A stretch of DNA of 64,000 nucleotides from Cycas panzhihuaensis (Eukaryota > Plantae > Cycadophyta), in contig CM041465.1 of assembly GCA_023213395.1 (NCBI GenBank), positions 132,563,741 through 132,627,740 of the forward strand. The letters run 5' to 3'. The notes beneath the pieces are model-generated. The model was given only the letters and a program-made list of their open reading frames with translations, had not been told where the DNA came from and searched no databases. Below, one piece after another: positions 52,753-64,000 of this stretch; position 1 is the first letter of the stretch, and each line of letters starts with the position of its first letter. Both the position numbers and the translations under genes were made by a program.

Positions 52753-55700
52753 ATTTTATTATCCCTTAATGATGAAGTATATTTTCATATTAACTATTTA
52801 TCTTAACATGGTATCATATTAGGTTACTTTAAGATTAATTTAAGTTAAATTTAGAGATTTCTAAAGGCATCATCAATCATTTGAAGGAAAGTGTCTTAAG
52901 ACCCCATTAATCATTGAGAAAAGTATTTATTATATTGTACATGTTATTATATAAAATTATATAGGTTGTACAGATAGAGAAATTTTAGAGTGCTTAAATT
53001 CAAATAAAAATTTACTAGTAAGTTCATTTTTTAGCACTGAGCATACTTCTCCAAAGGGCCAATATCAAAATATATCTCAAAAGGTATGTTTTCCTCTATT
53101 TTTCAAAAATATAGGTTTACAAAATCAATTGTGGATTTCTCCTAAAATAAGAAATCATTCGAGGTAAAATCTATCTTAAATTTATTATTTAGAGAATACG
53201 GATCATTCAAGTCTAAGTTTGTCAAATTTTATTAAAGATTTATAAAGATACAAGAATTTTTCTCCCTAAAAAAACTTAAATAACTATACACTTTCCAAGT
53301 CATTTTCTGAGAGTTTCATTCGTTAAAATCTTTTTTTTTTTTTCAGATCTAAAAAGAAAATTATGTTAGCTTTCATTTAGCACCATTTTTTAAAATTTTT
53401 ATACAACCCTAAAAATTTGTATATTTTTGTATAATCGTATAGTCGTATGGCCTTTTGCTAGATTCTTTTAGTATAGACTTTTATTTCCTTTTTCTCTAAG
53501 TAATATAGCTTCATTAGTTTTTTCTCTAAGTAATATTGATAAACTCATAGGGTAAAATTTTTGAGTGTAGAAAATACCTAGAAGATAGTCATAAGGGAAG
53601 GGAAAAAACCCTTTAACATTATAGATGAAATTAATTGAGAATAAAGGAATAATCATGCACATGTAACTTTGATGCCGTCTATTAGAGATTCCCTATTAAC
53701 CCGTGTTGCTAAAGCTACTACAATATTAGATGTTTAGAAAGCCTTAACCTTTCTCTTTAGTCATAAAAATGAAGCTTGCAAAATATCCTTAAGAGAAGAG
53801 TTGTATAAACTTCACTTAATAAAAGGATAAATAGTATCAAAATTTGTGACAAAATTTACCGCTCTCAAATATAACCTTATTTTAGGAGAAGAATCCATAT
53901 CAGATATAGAACTTGTTTGGCTCACTATAAATAAGTTGCCTAAATCATTTGATAATATGGTCAACATACTAATAATAGGTGGTTATACTACCAATGTATT
54001 ATTTAAGACCTTGACAAGACATATGATCCATCAAGAACACAGGAACAGATGATATAAGGAGACAGAAATTAAGGAGGCATTTCTCTCAAATATGAGTATG
54101 AGAAGTCAAGGCTACCCTCAATATTCAAGGGGTAGAAGTATATTATTTAGGGAAACATCAATAGAAGGTTGAGGTTGGATCGACAACCGTAATAGGACTA
54201 CATAGAACCAAGAAGGACGAGGAAGATTTAAGCCAATTCCTCTAAGAGAGTCTAGAGTTTGCTTCAATTGTGGAAGATATGGTCACTCTCTAGTGACTAT
54301 AGAATACCAAATTACTTTTATTGTGGTCAATCTAGACATATTCCTAATCAATATCCTCAAAGATGTGCTAACATTTAGAGAGAGAAAAATGTTGAAGGTA
54401 ATTACAATAATAAATAATATGAAGAAGAAGATGAAGAAATTGCATTTATCATAGCACTAGCCATGAGCTTAAGCTCCAAGGATGACTGGTATATAAAATC
54501 AAGGGCATTAAGCCATATGATTAGGTGAGAGGAATGGTTTAAATCTTTGAGACCTATTTTCTTAATAGGTTTGTTAAACTCGACAATAATTTTCCTCTCT
54601 ATATTCAAGGAAAATGGATAATACTTATTCAAATTAATAATGAAGTCAAGAAGATTGAGAATGTTCTCTATATCTTAAGTCTAAAGAAAAATTTATTGTT
54701 TGTATCATAGCTTAAAAGGAAGAGACTTTGCGTCATCTTCGATAAAAACAGAAAATATATTATGTGTGAAATAAAAAAGAATGGTACTGTAATTATAGAA
54801 GGAAGAAAAGTTAATAATCTCTATAAGTTAATTGCTACTCCTATTCTACCAACAGATATAAGTTCTCTTATTGTTTGCACTTCTTCTAATGAAATATAAT
54901 ATTCTAAGTATGGGTATATCTTAAATAAAATATTAGAATTATTAAAAAAATTATAATATAGTGAATGTACTTCTAGATATAATATTTAATTTCTTTGTTT
55001 TTAAAAGTTACATGGTGGTTAAGCAACATAGGGTCCCATTCTAAAAGAGGACATGGAGAACCTAAAAGAAATTAGAGTTAATTCATACTGACCTATGTAG
55101 ACCCATAACTCTAAATTTCATAAATGGTGTAAGATATTTCCTTATATGTATTGATGATTTCTCTAAGAAAATATAGGTGTACTTTCTTTTTAGCAAATCT
55201 AAAGCTCTAGATTATTTCAAAGAGTTTAAGGCCTGGGTTAAATTAGAAAGTGAATGTAAAATTAAAAGTCTCTATTTAGATGGAAAACATGAGTATATAT
55301 CAAGTGACTTTCATAATTTTTGTAAGTTGCATGGAATATAAAGACATATGACAACTGGTTGTACACCTCAGTCAAATGGAATAACAAAATGCATGAACAA
55401 AACAATGATATAAATGACCAAAAGTTTGATAGATAAAAGAGTAATCTCAAAAACATACTAGGTAGAAGCTGTGAATATAATAGTGTACCTAATTAATAGA
55501 AGTCCAACTCAAGCCCTGGATAAAGTAACTCCCAAAGAAGCTTGGATAAGAAGGAAGTGAGACACAAGTAATCTTAAAATCTTTGGTCGTAAAGCTTATG
55601 TTCTTATTCTAAATAGAAAATGAACTAAACTTAATAACAAAAGCATAGAATGCATTATAATTGGTTATATTAGTAAGTCTAAATCTTACAAATTTATAAA

Positions 55701-57750
55701 CCCAAAAATAAATAAGGTCAATATAAGTAGGGATGTTATCTTTAATGAACAAACCACTCAAATAGTTAAGATAATTTGCAGAGAGGTGGAGGAGCTTCCC
55801 AGGTTAATTGTTCCAATTGAAGAAAGGTTTAAGATCACTTCAACAGACTCAAATGAATTAAATGAAGAGAATTCTAAAGGAAACATATAAGATAACACTG
55901 ATAATGTAAGTTTAATAAAAGCACAAAATATTCCTAAATATGGTTCTTTACAAATGACCACAGGAGAATATTCAAAGAAAGTGCCAAAATGGTATATGAA
56001 AATAATTATAGAAATAAGAGTAAATGTGTCTGAATTAAGAACAAGGTCTCAAAAACATCAAAGTTTAATTTGTTCAGTTGAACCTCAAAGTTTTTACAAA
56101 AGCAAGTGATCATTCTAAATGGGAGGAAGCAATGGATACTAAAATGAATGCTACTACATAAAATAGAACCTAGGAATTAGTTAGTGCTCCAAAGGATAAA
56201 CCCATTATTGATTATAAATAGGTATATAAAATTAAGAAGAAATCCAATGGAATAGTTGAAAAATATAAGGCTAGTAGCAAAGGGATATACACAAATTACT
56301 AGAATAGACTATGATAAAACCTTCTTATATGTGGAAAAGTTAATAATTATGAGAATAGTTATAGCTTTAGCAACCCAGTTAAGATGGAGCATTATTCAAC
56401 TTAATGTCAAAAGTACCTTTCTAAATAGAGATCTTAAGGAAGAGGTATATACATAACAACCAGTTAGCTATATAAAGAAAGGACATAAACATCTTATTTA
56501 CAAATAAAAAAAGACTCTTTATGGTTTAAAGCAAGTAACAATAGCCTAGTATACTAAACTAGATAGACATCTCATTCAAAATGGATTTAGCAAAAGTGAT
56601 TATGATCCTAGTATATATATTAAAATAGATAAAGGTTTGATCATTATCATTGTTGTTTATGTAGATGACATGAATATTACAGACAATGATTATGAGTTTA
56701 TATTACAAATAAAATAGTAGTTAGAAAAAAAAATTGAAATGATTTATTTAGGTCTTCTTCACTATTATATCAAGATTGAAGTTAAATAGCAAAAGAATTC
56801 AATTTTTATATCATAATCAAAATATGTTATAAATCCTCTAAAAAATTTTAGAATAGGAGATTATAATAGATACTCTATTTCAATGGAGACACAATGTCTT
56901 CTAACTCATAATACAAATGGTCAACTAGTAGATGCAATGTTGTATAGGTAATTGGTAAGAAGCCTCATCTATCTCACAACCACCAAACCTAATATCTCAT
57001 ACTTAGTTGGGGTAATCTCTAGGTACATGTAGCAACCTAACATTTCACATTGAAATACAGCAAAGATAATACTTAAGTATATAAAAGGTATAATAACGAT
57101 GGGCTTGAGTTATACTAAGATGTCTAATATATAGTTAACTGGATACAGTGACTCAAATTAGGCTGCAAAAAAGTAAGATAGAACTAAAATAAGATATTAT
57201 TTTTAACTTGCTTTTACAATTATATCATGGAACAATATGAAACAACCAATTATAGCTTTATCCTCCATTGAAACTTAATATAAAGTAGCAGTCAGTGCCA
57301 CTTATGAAGCTATATGGATTTGATAACTCCTAAAGGATTTAAGATAAGAGTAAACTCATCCCATGACTCTTTTTTTATGATAATCAAAGTGTTATCGAAA
57401 TGACAAAAAAAATAATATTTTGTACTAAAACTAAACATATTAAAGTTTATCATCATTTTATAAGAAAAAAAGTGCAGATCAAAGAATTGGATCTACTTAA
57501 TTATGTCAGTGAAGAATAGATTGCTAATATTTTCACAAAGCCACTTGCTAAAGACAAGTTTCAATAGTTTAGAGAGAGGCTTGGAATGAAAGAAAAATAG
57601 ATAAAACATTAAGAGAGGGTATTAAATATAATGCTTTATCTATAGACTCCTTTTTAATGTTGTTATAAGGGTTATGTCTCAAATCCTTCTTTTATGTAAT
57701 TGTGACATGTGGCATACATACATAAGCTTTAATAATTGTATATGTTACAC

Positions 57751-57816
<66 letters not shown>

Positions 57817-57820
57817 TGTA

Positions 57821-57877
<57 letters not shown>

Positions 57878-58510
57878 GTGTATGTGTATATACACATATG
57901 TGAATTTTATTCTCTCTTAATGACAAAGGCTATTTTCATAATAACTATCTGTCTTAATAGAAATAGTGTCTAGGTTTATAGCATCGCTAAAGTAGAGTCG
58001 CTAGAAAGCTATAAAAAAAATCCTTAGGTACTTGAAGGGAATACTATAGTATAGAATTGAATTTGTATATAATAATAACTTCAAGTTAAAGGAATTCATA
58101 GATTCTAATTGGGCTATATATAAATAGTAAAAGGTCAACATTTAATTATTAATTTAATTTGGGATTAGTTGTGGTGACTTGGAACATCAAAAAGTAATCT
58201 AATATTGCTTTGTCCTTGACTAAAGAAGAGTAGAAGGTTGTCATTGCAATAGCCACTAAAGCCATATTGTTATAACAAATTCTTGGGGACATGGGTCTAT
58301 ATCAACAAGAAGTAACTAACTTATACTATGATAATCAGAGTATACTTAAATTGCTAGAAACCTTATGTTTTGTGCTTGCACTAAGCATATCAAGGTATAC
58401 CATCACTTTATTAAAGAACTAATCTATAATAAAAGGGATCAAAATGGTGAATAATTGATTAATTATGCAAGATAAATTTCATAAATTCAAATATGGTTTA
58501 GGTGTTAATG
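48450..58510 (+). mobile_element. Ty1/copia element G gag-pol, split in RT by element D
   Basis: IEKL..DNYSIWK gag start at ~48475, zinc-knuckle remnant at ~49200, protease WFIDSSAFKHMT at ~50013, LYVDDLL at ~52168. The RT continues IVSRF at 57963 and RNase H KHIKVYHHFI is at ~58383. LTRs not established. Confidence 0.85.
52525..57959 (+). mobile_element. Full-length degenerate Ty1/copia element D nested in G (LTRs 52525-52808 and 57620-57959)
   Basis: PBS TGGTATCA at 52809, PPT AAGAGAGGG before 57620, TSD AAAAT/GAAAT. gag, CFNCGRYGH knuckle, integrase, YVDDM and KHIKVYHHF motifs. Confidence 0.92.
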
Positions 58511-58599
58511 ATAGAAGAAGTAATGTTGAATGTTTATTAATTTTTAATTATTTCATTGTAATACAAACTTATAATATATTGTAAAGTTAATTTGTGTTG

Positions 58600-60125
58600 A
58601 GGGTATTGTTTTCATGAATGGGTTAAGTCACAACTTAATGTTATGAGCCTATGTATATGGGGGCCTTTTTGCTTATAACATTAGAATAATATAAATTTGA
58701 TTTAATGATGCAAGGTACTAATTGTCACCTTGCATGATCTTCCATTTATTAATTGTTATTTTTTGTTGTATATGCGAGGCATTGTATATAAAGAGTGTAT
58801 TGTAATGGATCTTCATGTGATTAATGAAAGTGAGATCATATTAGATCTTTTAATTAATTCATCATTTTCTTATCGATTGAATGTTTTATTATGCATGTTT
58901 GAATGGGATTAAAACCTGGGTCTAAACCAAGATTGATTTCCCTCCTTTTACTTGGTATCAAAGTAGCTTTTAGAGCCATCTTTCAAAGTAGATTTTAGAG
59001 CCATCCTTCGAGTCTTTTTTCAGTAAAGTTTCCATTAGAATAATTCCATGGCATAACTAATCTCATAACCCAAGTGGGTTCCTCTTAGATATAATTCTAA
59101 AAGTCCTTTAAAGGTTATCTCCATCATAAGTTTGTAAATGGAGGTTGCTTAGTTTTGTCTCTTATCAAGTTAAATGCCTTTGTTCTTTAAATTTTTTGAT
59201 TGATTCCTATATTTTAGTCTATTTTTTATAGCCAAATATGTACCTATTACTCCATTTTAGTTGATGAACAAGCTACATTCTTTATGGAGCATTTGTTTGA
59301 TTGAAATATTTTAGCTAAAGCATCATGCTCCTCTTCACTACTCGAACTGCATAACATCCTTCTATCTGCTCCTCTTTATGGCTACCATCTGCTTATTGTC
59401 ATTACATGGTATTGCTTAGTGCTTGGTGTTTCTTCGAATCATGTCCTTTCTTTAGGTTTTCTTTGAGTGTATTGTTCAATCATCACTTGTTATTTCTCTA
59501 TACTATAATCATTCTCTATATGGTTGCATGATGGGTGAAGTCTCTCTGAATCTCCTCTATGTGATGTGCCTCTCACATAACTTTGTTACATGACTGAGAT
59601 GCTTATAGAGGATGTTGCTCTAAGATTTTACTACTCTAGATGCTTTTTTATTGATGTGAATTTGATCAATTGACTATAAAGGAGGATTTGGGCAACTTCA
59701 CTTACTTCATTTTATTACTAAGCTCCATTCGTCTGATGAAATTATCACATATAACCATTCAAACTGATCCTAGTTGCATCATCCTCTCACCAAAAGAAAC
59801 ATATTAAGATTATGTAGCCCTAATCTCTCTAAATCCAACCCTATCTTATCATTTTTCAAGATCCTGCATTTAAATTTTTTTTTTTTATAAAGTTTTAAAA
59901 CTTAAGGTTATTAAAATTAGCATACCCATAGGATATTCCTTTTCTTATAAAGGTTAATAACCTAAATTTACTTATTTTATTACTTTTAATCATTTTTTAG
60001 CTTTTCAAGCCTTTTTTTAGTTAATTTTAAGTAGACTTTTTGGTTATTTAATATTTTCTTATACTTTTGTTGCTTAAAACATAAAATTTTAATACTTTAA
60101 TCACAAAATTATATATTTCTGTATC

Positions 60126-60174
<49 letters not shown>

Positions 60175-61750
60175 CCGTGTGTGTATGTATGTATATGTGT
60201 ATACCTATTTGAATAACCTGAGTATTAGCCTTATAAGGGCAACAATTAGGACCCCTTAAGTTACCACTCAATATACACTAGTGGACTTTCTTGAATTCTC
60301 TAGATAATAGAGAAAAATATTAGCTAACAAGTGTGTTAAGTGGTAGCCTAAGGTGTTATACTAAATGAACCTTGGAGCTTAGAGACTAGGTTAGACCTAG
60401 AGGGGGTGAGCATCTTAGTTGCTAAGTGTGCCCTTAGATGAGGATTTATTATTTAGGATATAAATCTAGTGCAGGTGGGTTAATGGTATCGGGGATGCGA
60501 TCAAGCCTTCTGTAGAGACCGCATACCTTTGGGTATATTAGATCCCCAAGTTGTCACTTATGAGTAAGGATGCCATCAAATAGGATTGTCTTAACTACTA
60601 GTGCTATAAGGATTAGAGACATTAAGATATAGATCCTAGATTAGTATACCTTTTTAGGTAAATAGGACATATATTTTAAACATCATGGCATTTTAGATAG
60701 TTGCAACTAATACAATTAAACTTTCTGGTAATGATAATTTCTTGGCTTGGAAAAAATAAGTCAAGAATATATTGATAATAAATAAAGTTTAACCTTATGT
60801 TTTTAGAAAAAGTCCTATGTCAATTGCCACTCAAGATCCTAATGATCCTTAAAATCTCATTCCTCTTTATCCAAATATTGTAGAAGCATTTAAAGAGTTT
60901 GATGAAGTTTTCCTTTTCTTTTTACACCTATCCATTGAAGTTTCCATCAAAACATTGAATAAGCCCCTATCTCTGTTGATGCTTAGAATATCATTTGTGC
61001 ACTTTATGAGAGGAAAGGTAATGCTAAGGTGGAGATGCTTAAAGCCTAGATCTACTCTACTCTATTTGTAGGATCTATTACAACTCATTTGTCCTAGATC
61101 AAAGTGATACCAAATTAGTTAATAGTGTTAGGTCATCCACTAGATGATAATGAACTCATATCTTATAGAGTCAATGTTTTACCATGTGGATATAATTCCC
61201 TAATATCTAATCTATCATATATAGATCAACTTAATACTCTTAACTTTAATACATTTAAGAGTCTACTACTCTAAGAATTATGTATTCTAAACTAATTAGG
61301 GAATCTAGGTATTTCCTCTTATATACCAGCATTTGTAGATCATCATAGAGGAAGACAATAACATCCACAGTTGACCCAGTAGTTTAGTTTAATAAATTTA
61401 AATTAGTAACCATACTAGCAATGTCAACCTTAACGACTATAATCTCCTTAGATTATTTGTTACTATTGTGGTAAACCTAGTCATATTATACCTAATTACA
61501 GAAAAAGGACAACTAACCTTCAATAATAATAACTTTAAAACTACCTTACTATGCGGGGTATTTAGAATTATAAATGCAGTAATTACAAAGGACCATAGAG
61601 GCAAAATCAACCTAACTATCAAGGATTGAGAAGATAAAATCAAAATACTCCTCAAGGTAATTAGCATAATAGGAATCAAAATTAGAGTCAGAATTATAAT
61701 CAAGGTGGCCATGTCACTGATTTATATTAGATATATTAAACACTTTGCAA
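58600..61750 (+). mobile_element. Ty1/copia element H: LTR, PBS, ~1.7-kb leader and gag; interrupted by element I
   Basis: PBS TGGTATCAAAG at ~58953 and AUG at 60685. KLSGNDNFLAWK gag motif and CYYCGKPSH knuckle at ~61458. The LTR start is approximate. Confidence 0.75.
60128..60173 (+). repeat. (CA)n microsatellite
   Basis: Seen directly in the sequence. Confidence 0.95.
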
Positions 61751-61751
61751 G

Positions 61752-64000
61752 TGTTACATGAGTATAAGTGTTATACTTGAGCCCCTTTGTGGGGTCCAGG
61801 AGCCTATTGTAGGCCTCTCGGTTGGGGTTCGGGGGTGGGATCCCTTGAGAATTTTATTTGGGTATCTTATGGAGGTCTTTGTTAGCCTATGATTTATGCC
61901 CATTGTATTGTAAAACTGCAAGGTAGTATCTTGTAATGTTGTATCTATATATTCTTATATAATGGCACATATAACATAATTGTAGATGAGTCTTTTATGA
62001 GATAATAAGAAGAGTTAAGTTTATTCATCTCAACAATTCTTTAGCTATTGTTCAGATTAATAAAAGGTCTATGCTTAGACCTGAATTTCTTGGTGTTCTT
62101 TATTGAGAGCATGACTTATTTATGTTATTTATTCTTTGTATAGTTTAAAGTTTTGTTATCTTATTACTTCTATAGTTATATTTTCTCTTTATTTAGAATC
62201 AAAGCTAAGGGTTTTAGTTTTGTGGGAAGCCATTTAGTAAGTGAGAGCCTTGTTTGGTAAACTTGAGTATGAAGATCATGGAAAGCACTACAAAAATAGA
62301 GATTGAAAAGTTTAATGGCCACAACTTTGAGTTATAGAATCTAAAGATGGAAGATATCCTCGTTGAGAAGGATTAGTAGATCATTGTAGCAAGAACAAAG
62401 CCTTCAACTATGGGTGATAAAGACCAGAAGAAGCTTGATCGAAAAGTAATTAGTTTGATAAGGTTATGCCTTTCAGACACAGTGTTATTAAATGTTACCA
62501 CAGAGTCTATTACCAAAGATCTATGGAGAAAGTTAGAGGCTTTGTATCAGACTAAGTCCCTAGTTAATAATCTATTTCTTTAGAAAAAGTTGTATTCACT
62601 CAAGATGAGTAATAAAGATGCAGTTGTAGATAATCTCATTATATTTAACACCATGGTGAGGCAGTTTGTTTCTATTGGGGTAATAATATTTGAAAAAGAC
62701 AAGTGTATTACCTTGTTATGTTTACTTCCTAATTCTTGGAATAATCTTGTGATGATGATTAGTAGTATGGTTGCTCCCACCCTAAAATTTAATGATGTTA
62801 TTACTACTCTACTATAAGAAGAGACAAAGCAAAAATCTTCTAAGGATTATTCAAAAGAAGTATTAGTAGTGAGAGGTCAAATGTTGGATCACGACCAACA
62901 AAGGCCTAGGAACAAATGTCCAAAATCTAGAGGAAAATCCAAATCTCCAGGCAAAGGCCCCTTGGTATGCTAGAGTTGTGGGAAGGTTGGCCATATAAAG
63001 AGCCATTGTTGAGTGAAGGTTGATAAGGGAAAGCCACTTAAAGTTACTTCTTCCACAATAGTCAAAGCCTTTGATGAAGTTGATGATAATGTTTATTTGT
63101 CAACCTCAAGTAATGTATTAAATGTTGAGTCTTGGTTAATTGCCTCTAGTGCTTCGCTTCATATTACTCCCCATAGGAACTAGTTTTGTGAATACATAAG
63201 TATTGATGGAGGTAAAATATTTCTTGGGGATCATTACCCATATAAAATTATGGGTCATGGTTGGGTGAAGGTTTAATTTAGAGATGGAAGGATTAAAACT
63301 ATCCTTAATATGAGTCATATTCCTAGTTTGGCTATGAGTCTATTGTCTATTAGTCAATTTGGTGATGTAGGAATAGAAGTGATTTTCAATAAAAATAGTT
63401 GTAGAATAGTTCAAGGAGATTTGGTGTTAGTAAGAGGGGTATGATTTGGAATACTATACAAGTTTGATACAAGCATGGTGTGTGTTGGTAGTTGTAGTCC
63501 AACTATTACAGAAAGTAGCAATAATGTAAGCAGGATTCAAATATCACTTGTTAGTAAAACTATAATGTGGCATCAGAGATTGGGCCATATATGAGAGACA
63601 GGACTCCGTGATTTTTCTCTAAAGGTATGGTTGAAGACATCTCTAAAATTAATGGCTCATTTGATTTTGATTTCTATGAGCATTGTGTGTATGGCAAACA
63701 AAATTCGGTTAGATTTTCTTCAAGCTCAAATAGAGCAAAGGGTATTCTATAATTAGTACACATCGTTGTTTTTGGACATGTTGATATGCTCTCATTAGGT
63801 GGGTGTAAATACTTTATCTCATTTATAAATGATTTCTCAAGAAAGACATGGTTATACTTTCTTAGGTAGAAATCTAAAGTATTAAGTAAATTCAAAGAAT
63901 TCAAGGCCTTGGTTGAGAATCATAGTGACAAATGAATCAAGGTATTGAGGATTGATAATGGAGGATAGTTTTGCTCAAATAAGTTTAAGTAGTTATGTAA
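61752..64000 (+). mobile_element. Tnt1-like Ty1/copia element I (5' LTR, gag, protease, integrase; runs off the window)
   Basis: AUG at 62278 (MESTTKIEIEKFNGHNFEL), LLCLLPNSWNNL, C*SCGKVGH knuckle, WHQRLGH, FINDFSRKTW. Degenerate PBS at ~62193-62205. Confidence 0.88.

Noticed and set aside
58520-58950. Candidate 3' LTR of copia G
   Set aside because: It does not match the unpaired LTR at 31346-31662 and is followed by a PBS, so it was assigned to element H.
1-64000. CRISPR arrays, rRNA/tRNA genes, prokaryotic operons
   Set aside because: None seen. The DNA is eukaryotic, and the tRNA-Met matches are only short primer-binding sites.

Overview
AT-rich seed-plant nuclear DNA. The lineage is probably a gymnosperm, but this is inferred and cannot be proven from the window. 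There is one intact protein-coding gene: an 8-exon ferric-chelate reductase (FRO family, 725 aa reconstructed, minus strand, 14436-21207). It sits in a gene island of about 9 kb. The rest is a nested stack of decayed retroelements: Ty3/gypsy remnants (one with a chromodomain), at least seven Ty1/copia elements, three non-autonomous or deleted LTR elements and a 5'-truncated L1 LINE. LTR pairs, PBS, PPT and target-site duplications can be recovered by eye for several of them. The most interesting signal is that three copia elements with two different Gag types share a ~430-nt, apparently structured RNA module directly upstream of the gag AUG in long leaders. The same three elements encode Q/N/Y/G-rich, prion-like Gag segments that are hidden by CAA/CAG->stop decay. 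All coordinates were read by hand, and TE boundaries without a TSD are approximate.
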